Numbered from the stretch's first letter, positions 37,126 to 46,878 are shown. The stretch is DNA of 64,000 nucleotides from a virus (IMGVR_UViG_3300010368_000011:1-64000); one strand, 5' to 3'. Notes: generated from the letters alone by a model not told the origin. Numbers and translations: made by a program.

Positions 37126-39134
37126 TGTCATTTTTAAATCAACTCTTTGAAAAAGCAGATGTGAAGCAGATGTCACAGGGGATGGATGTTCAATCCATTC
37201 GTGCATCTACTCAGAGAATAATTGAAGCATCTGGTGCTATGAAAAGAGTACCGGAACAAGATGTTCAACGGCTTCTAGCTGAAGTTGACACTGTTATTCA
37301 GAAATCCTGTACGGAGTATGCCGCTACTGTGCCGTTATTTAGAAAAGTTTTAAATGATAAAGAAGACAGAGTTACGTGGGCTGTTCGAATTTGTAAACTT
37401 ACAAATGTTATAATGCCACTTAAAGTCATTCACGGTAGTATATCTCATTCCGTACCCGATGGTGCACAGCTTCCGTCTGGTGTTGATGAAACAATTGATT
37501 GGTATTCGCTTATTATCAAAGAATACAAATTCGTAAGCAAGCTGAATGGTCGAAGCCGTGTCGATTTGGTAGATACTCTTGGTGAATTATGGGTTGCAGG
37601 TTGGTCACGTACTAAAAGGTTAGTGACTGAATTTGAACACTATTTCAGTCAAGGTATTCACTCTATTGACCGTATGGTGTTTCATAATCAATCGTTGTAT
37701 ACGATAATACAAGAGCTTGATACATTAGAGAAAGAATATCGGGATAGATTCAGTAGATATATTGAACACGATGAAGATGATACGGAAGTCATTGCGTGGT
37801 ATGATAAGAAAACCAAAGCGTGGGTTCGCCTAGATAGAGCATCGTGTAGTGATGAGGCTGATGCCATGGGCCATTGTGGTAATTCCCCTAGATCACACAC
37901 CGATGATAATATTCTAAGCTTTAGAACGCTTCATGTTGCTGGTGGTCAAAAATATTGGGAACCACATTTGACCTTTATTTTAAAAAGTGACGGCTACATT
38001 ACGGAGATGAAGGGTCGTGGTAATGAAAAACCAGCTGAACGATATCATCCATACATTATTGATTTATTAAAGAAAGATATAATCCACGGTATTCAGGGTG
38101 GTGGATATATGCCCGAAAATAATTTCAGTCTAAATGATCTTGATTATAATGATAAGAAAAAATTACTTGATGCTAAACCCACCTTAATGAGTCCACTTGA
38201 AGCGTGGATGGAGAATGTTCCGGGTAGTCCTCAAGCTCTATTAAATCACATCCATAGTATGGGTATCTATAATGTCCATGAAATCAATGAACACTTCATG
38301 CTTATTGATACTGGTAACACAGTACGTGATATACAATATTTGATGACTGATATGGACAACTTTGTAAAAAATGGTATTAACAAAGGTTTTAAAAAACCTC
38401 ATCTTGAATGGTTATACGAATTTATCAAACGTATCTTCAATGAGAACTATGATATAGATGAAGTTATTGAAGAACTAGAAGAAATCCAGCTTTTTTCCAA
38501 GAAAGAATACTTGACCACTGTTCTTAGTGAAATTTTTAAGAGTAATGATGTAAGAATTAAAAAAGCAATTTTTGATAAGATTAGAACTAGTGATATAAAT
38601 CCAGATCAAATGGAATTCGATTTCATTAATAAATCAAAGACATTCTTAAATAATATTGCAACCATTGCTGATATACTTGTTGTAGAGGGATTTGATCTAT
38701 CAAAAGATTCATTCGATAAATTTACTGTTAACATGTTGGAAGAAGTCATTAATAGTATTTTATACAACTATTATTACGGTGATTCTATGCCCTTTGTTAC
38801 CTTAACACGCCGCACCTTGCCTATTGGTGATGAACTCGTTCTGGGGGAAAATTCCGGTGATAGTGAATTGCCCGAAGAGTGGAGTGAAGATGATTGGTTA
38901 CGTCATGCGCTTGATTCTTCCTTAGAACACTCTGGTGAAGCTCCAAATCACTTTGGTGTCGAAGATTGGCCCGAAGCTGATACTCATTATCTTACGGCAT
39001 ATACCAAATACATATTCTCTGGTGAATTTGATTTATCAAAGATGGGCAAAGACTGGTTGGAACACACGATATATGATTTGCACCAAACGCTGGAAGGTAA
39101 ACCACACCCGAAAGACAAGCGTGATAAGAAATAA
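37125..39134 (+). CDS. hypothetical large protein (669 aa)
   Basis: ORF track. Confidence 0.55.
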   Translation: MSFLNQLFEKADVKQMSQGMDVQSIRASTQRIIEASGAMKRVPEQDVQRLLAEVDTVIQKSCTEYAATVPLFRKVLNDKEDRVTWAVRICKLTNVIMPLKVIHGSISHSVPDGAQLPSGVDETIDWYSLIIKEYKFVSKLNGRSRVDLVDTLGELWVAGWSRTKRLVTEFEHYFSQGIHSIDRMVFHNQSLYTIIQELDTLEKEYRDRFSRYIEHDEDDTEVIAWYDKKTKAWVRLDRASCSDEADAMGHCGNSPRSHTDDNILSFRTLHVAGGQKYWEPHLTFILKSDGYITEMKGRGNEKPAERYHPYIIDLLKKDIIHGIQGGGYMPENNFSLNDLDYNDKKKLLDAKPTLMSPLEAWMENVPGSPQALLNHIHSMGIYNVHEINEHFMLIDTGNTVRDIQYLMTDMDNFVKNGINKGFKKPHLEWLYEFIKRIFNENYDIDEVIEELEEIQLFSKKEYLTTVLSEIFKSNDVRIKKAIFDKIRTSDINPDQMEFDFINKSKTFLNNIATIADILVVEGFDLSKDSFDKFTVNMLEEVINSILYNYYYGDSMPFVTLTRRTLPIGDELVLGENSGDSELPEEWSEDDWLRHALDSSLEHSGEAPNHFGVEDWPEADTHYLTAYTKYIFSGEFDLSKMGKDWLEHTIYDLHQTLEGKPHPKDKRDKK

Positions 39135-40019
39135 TTACATCACGAGAATTTTACCAATTGCAGAACTTAATAATCCCTCAATCGCGTAATCACTAATATC
39201 ACGTGCATACATTTCCGATAATTGTCTGAAATCATCAAGGTCGCTATCTGATATATTCATTTTCGGATTGTATATAGTGTTACCAACTTTGAATGGTTCT
39301 GGAACCGTTTTGATCGGTGTGCTATCAGTAATCATCTTTTGGGCAATGAGTTCATTGAATATTTCAAAATAATCTCTGACCTTTCTGTCACGTGCTGACT
39401 TAAATGTCATGTGCTGCTGACAGAATCCTTTGAATATAAGTTGATGTCGTCTTTTTGATCTATCAAATGATTTTATTGATGATGGATCAAAATCAATATC
39501 GTAACCAGCATCAAGAAGGTCAACAGCCATTCTTCCTATCATTTCTACCAATTCTGTATATTCTAGAAATTGATATTGTAAACCAGCACCATTTCGATAT
39601 CTGGATAAAGCATGTCCAACTCGGTGTGCCATGATCCATGGTGTCATTGGTCGCCATTCGGAACCCTTGTTATTAGTGAACACAATGAATAACCCGTTTG
39701 AGTCGGCCCATTCCTTATTCATGTCTGCTGATAATTTATCATACAGTTCTTCGTCTAGGTTTTTCTGAACCCATTCAAGCGACACTTCGCCCACTTCTGT
39801 ATGTTGATTAGCCTTGGGTGAATTCACAAAATAGAAATATACGTCTTGGTTCACAGCCTTGAACGCATTAGCAACTCGTTTGACCATCGCTGGATCAGAA
39901 ACAAGTTTGCGATCTATGGGCTTTCTGAAACTGGATGACTTATCGAAATCGCCGATGTTTTCGTGTCCAGCAACTGGTGCTTCTAGAATGGTTTGAATGG
40001 TGATCTTGGTCTTATCCAT
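39135..40019 (-). CDS. hypothetical protein (294 aa)
   Basis: ORF track. Confidence 0.55.
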   Translation of the reverse strand: MDKTKITIQTILEAPVAGHENIGDFDKSSSFRKPIDRKLVSDPAMVKRVANAFKAVNQDVYFYFVNSPKANQHTEVGEVSLEWVQKNLDEELYDKLSADMNKEWADSNGLFIVFTNNKGSEWRPMTPWIMAHRVGHALSRYRNGAGLQYQFLEYTELVEMIGRMAVDLLDAGYDIDFDPSSIKSFDRSKRRHQLIFKGFCQQHMTFKSARDRKVRDYFEIFNELIAQKMITDSTPIKTVPEPFKVGNTIYNPKMNISDSDLDDFRQLSEMYARDISDYAIEGLLSSAIGKILVM

Positions 40020-40060
40020 GTGATGGTTTCCAGTTGTTGAAATTATTTATCAGTTAACGG

Positions 40061-40089
40061 TTGACAAGGGTGATTTTCCCGTGTAAATA
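40061..40089 (+). promoter_or_regulatory. sigma70-like promoter (TTGACA-17-TAAATA)
   Basis: hexamers and spacing. Confidence 0.35.
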
Positions 40090-40140
40090 TGTTCGTACAG
40101 TCACAAAGCCGGTTAGCGGTCTTGTATAAGGAACGTAGAG

Positions 40141-40302
40141 ATGTTCATTTTTGGTTTTATCGATGAAGCAGCAATGATGGCTGTAGCCTTCGCTGCCGGT
40201 ATGAATCCGACTTCTCGCGCTGTTGTGACCGGTACTGCCAAGAACGTATGGGCTGGTATCAAATCAGCCGCAGCATATGTCACCGGGCGATATAACCCGT
40301 AA
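40141..40302 (+). CDS. possible small hydrophobic protein (53 aa), not in track
   Basis: AAGGAA RBS + ATG downstream of promoter; preferred over antisense track ORF 40113..40331. Confidence 0.35.
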   Translation: MFIFGFIDEAAMMAVAFAAGMNPTSRAVVTGTAKNVWAGIKSAAAYVTGRYNP

Positions 40303-40350
40303 GGGTTTATATAGAATTTCTCACATAACATTTTAATATATCAATCCTAT

Positions 40351-40432
40351 CCGTGGGTAAAGCCGGTGGTTCTGGCAAGAGGTCTGTAAAACCTCGCTCT
40401 TCGGGGGAGTAGTTCAATTCTACACCCACGGA
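40351..40432 (+). tRNA. tRNA-Tyr(GUA), class II
   Basis: acceptor CCGTGGG/CCCACGG, anticodon stem GAGGT/ACCTC loop CTGTAAA, long variable arm, T-arm GTAGTTCAATTCTAC, A73-CCA; D-arm fit imperfect. Confidence 0.65.
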
Positions 40433-40444
40433 CCATTGATTTAT

Positions 40445-40518
40445 TCCTCGCGGTCCAGAAAGGCACTGGAGTCAGGCTGTTAACCTGAATGCTGTAGGTT
40501 CGAATCCTACGCGGGGAG
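40445..40518 (+). tRNA. tRNA-Asn(GUU)
   Basis: acceptor TCCTCGC/GCGGGGA, D-arm TCCAGAAAGGCACTGGA, anticodon stem TCAGG/CCTGA loop CTGTTAA, T-arm GTAGGTTCGAATCCTAC, G73-CCA. Confidence 0.75.
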
Positions 40519-40529
40519 CCAATCATTGT

Positions 40530-40602
40530 TTGGGTGTAGCTCAGTTGGTAGAGCGCTTCGCTGTTAACGAAGATGTCGGGGGATCGTGACCCTCCACCCA
40601 AG
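40530..40602 (+). tRNA. second tRNA with GUU anticodon (Asn-like) carrying a swapped T-loop (A54/U58: ATCGTGA)
   Basis: acceptor TTGGGTG/CACCCAA, D-arm GCTCAGTTGGTAGAGC, anticodon stem CTTCG/CGAAG loop CTGTTAA, T-arm GGGGGATCGTGACCCTC, G73-CCA. Confidence 0.6.
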
Positions 40603-40629
40603 CCACTTCTTTCATTTGAGGAAAACATC

Positions 40630-40851
40630 ATGAAAAATATAGTTATAACCATTGATGATAGCCTTGGTGAACATCCAGCAGTAGCCATCACCGTTGATGA
40701 TTCGGATTATAATTTCTTGCATACCTTGCACCAAATCAACACGGTATTAACCGAATCCGAATATGATAGATTGAATTCCATTGTGGCTACAGCAAGCACT
40801 CCTATGATACCAATGGAACTCCATGGTTTATTCAATTTCTACTACGAATAA
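40630..40851 (+). CDS. hypothetical small protein (73 aa)
   Basis: track ORF trimmed to ATG after GAGGAAAA RBS; upstream part overlapped tRNA. Confidence 0.45.
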   Translation: MKNIVITIDDSLGEHPAVAITVDDSDYNFLHTLHQINTVLTESEYDRLNSIVATASTPMIPMELHGLFNFYYE

Positions 40852-41092
40852 CCAATTTACTCCGTATACGGACGATCAAATAAATTTCGATTATCCCTAA
40901 ATACCTATATAGGTAAGGTAAAAAGGTATGGAATTATTTTTTGTAACAGTGTTTTTGATTGGGCTTCTAGCATTCCCATCCACGCTTCTTGTAGACAATA
41001 CAAAGCGTGTTATTCCGCATATTAATAAGTATATGATAATAGATATGACGGTTATGATACTGTCATTATATGCAATGAGTCTCATTTAATAG

Positions 41093-41121
41093 TTGACTTC
41101 TATTGATCACCCGTTTATACA
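41093..41121 (+). promoter_or_regulatory. sigma70-like promoter (TTGACT-17-TATACA) with CAACGGGAGAG UTR box
   Basis: hexamers and spacing. Confidence 0.5.
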
Positions 41122-41145
41122 AAGTATCAACAACGGGAGAGCACA

Positions 41146-41877
41146 ATGACCAACACGATCAACATTAAACAGCGTGCCAAGATCGCCACCCAAATTAGTG
41201 GCTTGATGGCTAAGACTGAAAGTCGTGGTGCCACCGAAGCTGAAGCCCTTGCTGCCATGCGCAAGATTGGCGAATTGCTTGCCAAATATAATCTGACCAT
41301 GGACGAAGTTTCGCTTCGTGGAACTGTGTGTGAAACTCTTGTTATTCATACTGGTCGCGGCGCATCAGACTCAATGCAGTGGGTTATTTCGGCTCTTTCT
41401 CTCTATACTGATACAAAGTATTGGAAGGGTCGTGCCCGGTCGAACGGTAAAAAGGTTTTGACTTACTGTTTTTATGGTCACAAGTCCGATTTGGAAATCG
41501 TTGAATACTTTTATCACCTGATCAATAATACGATGGAAACGGAAACCAATATTTTCAAAAACACCCGTGCATACCATATGGCCGATCAATTTCAGGGTGG
41601 GCGTCGTCGGGCTTCGACCAGCTTTCAGCGCGGCTTTATTGATCGCATCATTGAACGGTTGGAAGAAATGAAACCAGTGGCACCACAAGAAACAACTGGT
41701 ACTTCTCTGGTTGTTTTGAAAAAGCAGATCGTTAATGCGGAATTTTCCAAAACGGCGGTGGCTTCAAGACTTAAACATACGACCGTTAACTTGACTGGGA
41801 ATAATAATAACTCTTATGTAGCCGGTCATAATGCTGGTGGCCGTGCCAATCTTAACACGTCAATTTCTGGGAGCTAA
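41146..41877 (+). CDS. hypothetical protein (243 aa), DUF2786-like N-terminus
   Basis: ORF track; TEAEALAAMRKIGELLAKYNL helix motif. Confidence 0.5.
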   Translation: MTNTINIKQRAKIATQISGLMAKTESRGATEAEALAAMRKIGELLAKYNLTMDEVSLRGTVCETLVIHTGRGASDSMQWVISALSLYTDTKYWKGRARSNGKKVLTYCFYGHKSDLEIVEYFYHLINNTMETETNIFKNTRAYHMADQFQGGRRRASTSFQRGFIDRIIERLEEMKPVAPQETTGTSLVVLKKQIVNAEFSKTAVASRLKHTTVNLTGNNNNSYVAGHNAGGRANLNTSISGS

Positions 41878-41881
41878 GATT

Positions 41882-42250
41882 GTGACTTATTTTTACAATC
41901 CACGAATTTATGCTTGTCGCGGTAACAAGTGGTGCACGATTGAAGAACTATTGAGTCGTGATGACTATAAAGATTATATTATCAAAAAGTCAAAAACCAC
42001 GGGCGAATTGGTTCTGGAATATTTTCGTTCTGCCGAATTCGTCAATGATGCTGATACTTGTGGTTATAGGAAGTATTTCATGGTGACCACCGAGAATTTT
42101 GAAACTTTCGAATATCATAAAGTTTCACACGGGTGGGAAATTGATTATGATCCTGAATGGGAAATTCATAACAACTTCGAATATGAAGTAACAGATTCAG
42201 TTCCATTCGAATATCCATCAGCTATTCGTGACTGGATTATTATTCGATAA
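41882..42250 (+). CDS. hypothetical protein (122 aa)
   Basis: track ORF trimmed to GTG after GGGAG RBS. Confidence 0.4.
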   Translation: MTYFYNPRIYACRGNKWCTIEELLSRDDYKDYIIKKSKTTGELVLEYFRSAEFVNDADTCGYRKYFMVTTENFETFEYHKVSHGWEIDYDPEWEIHNNFEYEVTDSVPFEYPSAIRDWIIIR

Positions 42251-42264
42251 TATAAAATTGATAG

Positions 42265-42293
42265 TTGACATAATGATATCTTCCGTCTATATT
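42265..42293 (+). promoter_or_regulatory. sigma70-like promoter (TTGACA-17-TATATT) with GCGGGAGAG UTR box
   Basis: hexamers and spacing. Confidence 0.5.
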
Positions 42294-42321
42294 CAATAAT
42301 AGAGAAGCGGGAGAGAACATT

Positions 42322-43248
42322 ATGATCACTGTTGAACAACGTATCGAAAAAGCGGCTGCTGCGTCTGTTGATAACCAATTTTCTACGGCTGTGGCCAAGA
42401 AGGATGCGCTTGATCATTTGAATCGCGCATATGAAATTGTCCGTCGCGCCGCACGTGATGAACAAACTGACCGCCTTCGTGCTGCTTCTGCTGGCGATGA
42501 TGAACTTTATTTTGCCGGTCTTCGCAAGTTGATCGAACTGCCATTCAATCTGAACCAGTACCGTGATGCCAAACATGCTGGTTGTTTCATGGGTAATGTT
42601 GAACCACGTTCGCAGGTTCTTGCCCTTTCTGCTCTTCGTGATAAGATCAAGGCGATGCCGGTTGTCAAGGTCGAAACCAAGGCACAACGCGAACAAGCTA
42701 TTTTGGCTCGCAGCGAAATTCCAAACATCGCCGCTGAATTCAATCTTCTGAAGCCCGGTATCATCGAAGATTATAAGAAGCAGGTTGAAGCTAGTTTCGC
42801 TTTGTTTTTGGGCAAATATGAAAACGATTGGGTGGTCATTGCTAATCGTCGCGGCTTCTCGACCTATGATTATCAACTCTGGGATTTCCTGCGCCAGCAT
42901 CTGGTCAATGAGGATGTTGACAACACGAACCGTTATGCACCAAAGAAGATTGATGAAGATCGTCTGAACAAGCTCGCAATTCAGTATGCCGATGATCAGG
43001 TCGCCGGTTTCGTTCACAAGCTTTCTCTGAAGCTGGTTGATCTGAAGAATGTGAAACTTTCCAAGGTTCAAGGATACAGCTTCGTCATTCGCGGCAACCT
43101 GCCAAATGGTGATACGGTTGGTGTTGTTCAAAACTTGAAATATAATACTTCCAAATATGGTGTTCCGTTTATTCAATGGCCAGCTCTGATTTCGGTCAAT
43201 GGTGCCAGTATCTCGGAACTTGATTTTCAGAATCTGGTTGGCAACTAG
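42322..43248 (+). CDS. hypothetical protein (308 aa), GC-richer
   Basis: ORF track; promoter+RBS; antisense track ORF 42166..43263 judged shadow. Confidence 0.55.
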   Translation: MITVEQRIEKAAAASVDNQFSTAVAKKDALDHLNRAYEIVRRAARDEQTDRLRAASAGDDELYFAGLRKLIELPFNLNQYRDAKHAGCFMGNVEPRSQVLALSALRDKIKAMPVVKVETKAQREQAILARSEIPNIAAEFNLLKPGIIEDYKKQVEASFALFLGKYENDWVVIANRRGFSTYDYQLWDFLRQHLVNEDVDNTNRYAPKKIDEDRLNKLAIQYADDQVAGFVHKLSLKLVDLKNVKLSKVQGYSFVIRGNLPNGDTVGVVQNLKYNTSKYGVPFIQWPALISVNGASISELDFQNLVGN

Positions 43249-43256
43249 ATAACAGC

Positions 43257-43292
43257 CTCTCAAGACTGTTTTCGCACAAACAGTCTTGAGAG
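43257..43292. other. 15-bp perfect hairpin (CTCTCAAGACTGTTT/AAACAGTCTTGAGAG), terminator-like without U tract
   Basis: inverted repeat with 6-nt loop between genes. Confidence 0.45.
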
Positions 43293-43310
43293 AATGTAAG
43301 GATTGTACAG

Positions 43311-43673
43311 ATGCTGTTGTACCACATCACTCATCAAAACAGTTTGGACTCCATTCTTAAGCGCGGTATTGTACCTAAGTATGAATGTCTGCGCCGTGGT
43401 CTTACGTGTTATAGAAGCCGTGATCGTTTTGTGTGGTTGACTGATAATCCTCAATATATAATTGAAACACAAGCTGCATCCGGTTGGCCTACCTGTATTC
43501 TTCAGATCGCATTAACAGAAAATAGCCATTGCGTGGTCCCGGCACTATCACCATCGCCATATGATAAAGGGTCAGCTTGGATCACCCGAACGCATGAATT
43601 CATAACGGAACGAGTGCACCCCGATCAGATCACCGATATGTGGAAAATGAAAAATATTAAAAAACGCAGTTAG
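43311..43673 (+). CDS. hypothetical protein (120 aa)
   Basis: ORF track. Confidence 0.5.
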   Translation: MLLYHITHQNSLDSILKRGIVPKYECLRRGLTCYRSRDRFVWLTDNPQYIIETQAASGWPTCILQIALTENSHCVVPALSPSPYDKGSAWITRTHEFITERVHPDQITDMWKMKNIKKRS

Positions 43674-43679
43674 GGGGTT

Positions 43680-44700
43680 TACATATCCGCGAAGCCTGCT
43701 AAATATGTTCTCAACGAATGAGTGCTCTCGGTTTTACCGCCGCTGAGAAAAATAAAAAAAAGTGCAGTGACAGGGTTTACAGATCGAAAAAACCTGTTAT
43801 ATATACATCTTCATGACGCGGGGCCGCAAGCCGCCACGTTGTTACTAGAGGCCACGATGCTTCTAGATATATGTTATAATGAATGGGCGGTATAGCGTCC
43901 ATTAAGAATAAGTCGAGTAATCGACCCAAAGCAGGGGTTACATCTCTGCACCACCGTAAGGATGGCTCATCTATACAAGTCCAAGTCTGCCGGTAACGGT
44001 GTGTCTTCACAAAGGCACGAAGCAGTAAAAACAGGTTAATGAGATTCGAGGCCAACTGGTTAGAATCGTTCAAGGGTAGCTCCTTTGAGTAATTAACACA
44101 GCAACTGTTTGAATGTGAAGACTAATGGATAGTGATCTAGTATCTTCTTCGGGAGATATTATAGTCCGAACCTTAGCGGGACAGGGCGGGTCGCAATGTT
44201 AAAGGCATGGAGTTGGTGATGTAATAGTCATCAAATACGTGTTCTTGAAACATGGTTTAGTAGTCTTAGCGGGCGAAAAACAGGAGGCGTGTTGTATTTT
44301 GACTCTAACAAGGGTCGAAGCAACTGGATTAGCACGTCTTAGTAATTGCAAAGAAACCACTCCAAGGTAACAAAAAGCAAAGTCTAATCCATCGTTGTAT
44401 GAAAGGTGCTTAAAGCCTTACCCCTCGGGGAATAAGGTGCGCCGGAGGTCGCAAGCCGAAGGTGTTTGTTGGAGAAAGTTTCATAGCCATTTAGCGATGG
44501 TTAACTGTTGTAAAAGGCAGATGGGACAGAAACCAATGAGTAGTACAGCGTGATAGATGAAACGCCACATCTTAAAAAAGGCAGCACTGGTGGATACAGG
44601 AAGACCTTAACCGGCTCCTGTGGATGTGAAATTAACAAGCGGGTGCAACTGCTTGGTACGATTTGAAGGCCACTATTTTTGCCGCTAGTCTCACGGCGAA
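43680..44700. ncRNA. candidate large structured RNA (about 1 kb, ORF-free, GC-enriched, many GNRA/UUCG-type hairpins); strand undetermined
   Basis: no plausible ORF on either strand over ~1 kb in an otherwise gene-dense phage; local GC visibly higher than flanks; ends at repeated 34-nt hairpin 44703..44736. Confidence 0.4.
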
Positions 44701-44702
44701 CT

Positions 44703-44736
44703 AATGAAAGCCCTCGGTTAATAGCCGGGGGCTTTC
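44703..44736. repeat. 34-nt hairpin element, copy 2 (identical to 27144..27177); abuts the stop codon of 44735..45634
   Basis: exact repeat; 12-bp stem. Confidence 0.6.
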
Positions 44737-45634
44737 ACTGTTTGGGTTCATCATATTTCTTTCTGATGTATTCAATTATGTCAGCGGATTTTCGCAACCC
44801 TAATTTCTTACACAACACCGTGAACTCGTTGGACTTCATGTTCTTCTTGCGAGAATTATGAATGGTGGAATCAAGTGATCTAACATGATCACCAACGTGC
44901 CACGGATGATCTAGTATATTATTCTTAATTCGGCGCGCATCTTTCGATAGGGTGACATGTAATGGCGCTGATAATAATTCCACATATGGCTTCAGATAAT
45001 TCACAGTGATGCCATGATACCTATCACTCGTGTCTACCGATGAATCACTCTTAAGCCGTGATAGATCAGTCAGCGCTTTAGCTTTATTGCGACTATTATA
45101 TGCATCAGCATTATCATAAACCGACACGGGTATATTATTCTTCTTCGCGGCGATGATGATCTTACGTATTTTGGATTTCTGTTTTTCGGAACCGGTGTCC
45201 TGATTCTTGTCCATCTTGTCCAAGTTTGCGTACAGGTGAATTTCGGTTATATATTTTACGGCGTTAGGAATAGCAGGCTTGTCTGAGAAGATACGATCTT
45301 CTGATTCGAACTTATCAGGCCGCGTTGTGCGAAATGATGGACCCCAATAATCAATAGGCTTTCCGGTAAAACCGTCTGCCATCAGTTTTTGTCCATCCAG
45401 CACAACATATCCAGCACTACTGGCATGGCGAATATCACGCTCATAAAAGCCGGATAGGGTTCTGGTAGTTGATAGATAAAAGGGTTCACCGCCAGAAAAA
45501 TCATTTTCCGAACTGGTTCCCATATCACTGGTGAGAATGAATTGATTATCATCAAGGATCGATAGCATACTGAACACATCGGTTCGGTGGAACAATATAG
45601 AACTGATGCCTTCTAATAGTTGGTTAATTTTCAT
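44735..45634 (-). CDS. hypothetical protein (299 aa), member of MKI(N/Q)QL(L/F)E tandem paralogue family
   Basis: ORF track; N-terminus shared with 45631..46017 and 46022..46501. Confidence 0.55.
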   Translation of the reverse strand: MKINQLLEGISSILFHRTDVFSMLSILDDNQFILTSDMGTSSENDFSGGEPFYLSTTRTLSGFYERDIRHASSAGYVVLDGQKLMADGFTGKPIDYWGPSFRTTRPDKFESEDRIFSDKPAIPNAVKYITEIHLYANLDKMDKNQDTGSEKQKSKIRKIIIAAKKNNIPVSVYDNADAYNSRNKAKALTDLSRLKSDSSVDTSDRYHGITVNYLKPYVELLSAPLHVTLSKDARRIKNNILDHPWHVGDHVRSLDSTIHNSRKKNMKSNEFTVLCKKLGLRKSADIIEYIRKKYDEPKQ

Positions 45635-46017
45635 GGATCACCATGAATATCAATACAGGTGACGCCCGGACCATAAGCACGAACAATGGTTGGTGTATGT
45701 CGGGCAAGATCGGTCATTGTTTCGTGAACTTCACCATCATCAACATCCTGTTGTCTACAGGCTAAGCAATCTGTATATGCATACAGTGAATATCCACATA
45801 ATGGTATGCTACGAGAATATGTGATGCCTTGTTCTTGTTTGAATTCATCGTGAATATAGATGTATGGATTGAAAACGTAGAAATTACCTTCTTGATCAAC
45901 CACGGCTCTGGCAAAGTGTTCAACTCGTTTACTGAGAAATGATTGAAGCCGCCTTGAAGAAGGGTTCTTCATGAATGCGTCATTTTCAAATAATTCGAAG
46001 AGTTGTTGGATTTTCAT
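45631..46017 (-). CDS. hypothetical protein (128 aa), MKIQQLFE family
   Basis: ORF track. Confidence 0.5.
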   Translation of the reverse strand: MKIQQLFELFENDAFMKNPSSRRLQSFLSKRVEHFARAVVDQEGNFYVFNPYIYIHDEFKQEQGITYSRSIPLCGYSLYAYTDCLACRQQDVDDGEVHETMTDLARHTPTIVRAYGPGVTCIDIHGDP

Positions 46018-46021
46018 AATT

Positions 46022-46501
46022 CTAATCTTTGATATTTAGTTTAGAGTAAGATAATATTTTATCCATCTGATCAATGATATCAAATGATTCATCTTCTTCT
46101 AATGCAATGATGCCTTCTGAAATCCGTTTCCGTTCCAAATCGATCCTTATTATGTATTGGTCTATATTTTCTATTACTTCCGTTGCGATAACTTCTTCAG
46201 CTTCATCGTAACTCGCGTGGCCGTTAATTCTATCATTGTATTGAATTATCTTATATCTATTTCTTAATTTATTGGTGTCAAATACAAAGATACCACCCAA
46301 CCCGTATTCTTCATGATTATGAGTGAACCTTTCTGCTACCTTATAGTCTCTGGTTGTCCTAATACCGTGTGGCTCGCCCGGAAGGCCGAAATATTCCCCT
46401 TCGCTCATCGTGTTTGTTAATATAATATTGCAGGTAGAATAAAAATCAGTACCATGGAACAATGGTTGTCTGTTATTTTCGAAGAGTTGCTGGATTTTCA
46501 T
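46022..46501 (-). CDS. hypothetical protein (159 aa), MKIQQLFE family
   Basis: ORF track. Confidence 0.5.
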   Translation of the reverse strand: MKIQQLFENNRQPLFHGTDFYSTCNIILTNTMSEGEYFGLPGEPHGIRTTRDYKVAERFTHNHEEYGLGGIFVFDTNKLRNRYKIIQYNDRINGHASYDEAEEVIATEVIENIDQYIIRIDLERKRISEGIIALEEDESFDIIDQMDKILSYSKLNIKD

Positions 46502-46878
46502 ACAGTGAATTGACTTTTATCAAATGGTATAACAAAAACAAAGCTGCCTATATACTCTCCATCTTCTTGTGCCATGCTAGTCATTCTAACATATATACCG
46601 GTTTTGTTTTTGTTGACGAAGTATACATTACCGATTGGAATATCTTTGTCTTCCAGTTCCGACACAGCATCATAGAACCGGACATCTTTCTTAGCTACAA
46701 ACGTTTTATTATCTTTATGAAGGATAACTATCCCTAATTCCATTTTGATCTTTTGTACAATATTCAGCGGGACTGCTTTGTTGTTTTCAATAAAAACAAA
46801 AGGCCGCTCTGTGCTTTCCTTGATCAAATCTAAGAGTTTCATGATAATATCCTGTTGTACCGTTTTATTTATCTCCAA
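46498..46878 (-). CDS. hypothetical protein (126 aa)
   Basis: ORF track. Confidence 0.5.
   Translation of the reverse strand: MEINKTVQQDIIMKLLDLIKESTERPFVFIENNKAVPLNIVQKIKMELGIVILHKDNKTFVAKKDVRFYDAVSELEDKDIPIGNVYFVNKNKTGIYVRMTSMAQEDGEYIGSFVFVIPFDKSQFTV

Noticed and set aside
40113-40331. 72-aa minus-strand ORF
   Set aside because: Antisense to a promoter/RBS-equipped small plus ORF; Ala-rich shadow composition.
40347-40691. 114-aa minus-strand ORF
   Set aside because: Spans three well-folded tRNA genes (Tyr, Asn, Asn-like).
40897-41085. 62-aa minus ORF vs 53-aa plus ORF (40928..41089)
   Set aside because: Both hydrophobic and equally plausible; too ambiguous to call either.
42166-43263. 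365-aa minus-strand ORF
   Set aside because: Mirror (shadow) of the plus-strand gene 42322..43248, which has a promoter, RBS and coherent composition; the antisense product is low-complexity.
43777-44073. 98-aa minus-strand ORF inside the 1-kb non-coding region
   Set aside because: Isolated, no RBS, GC-driven open frame; region better explained as structured RNA.
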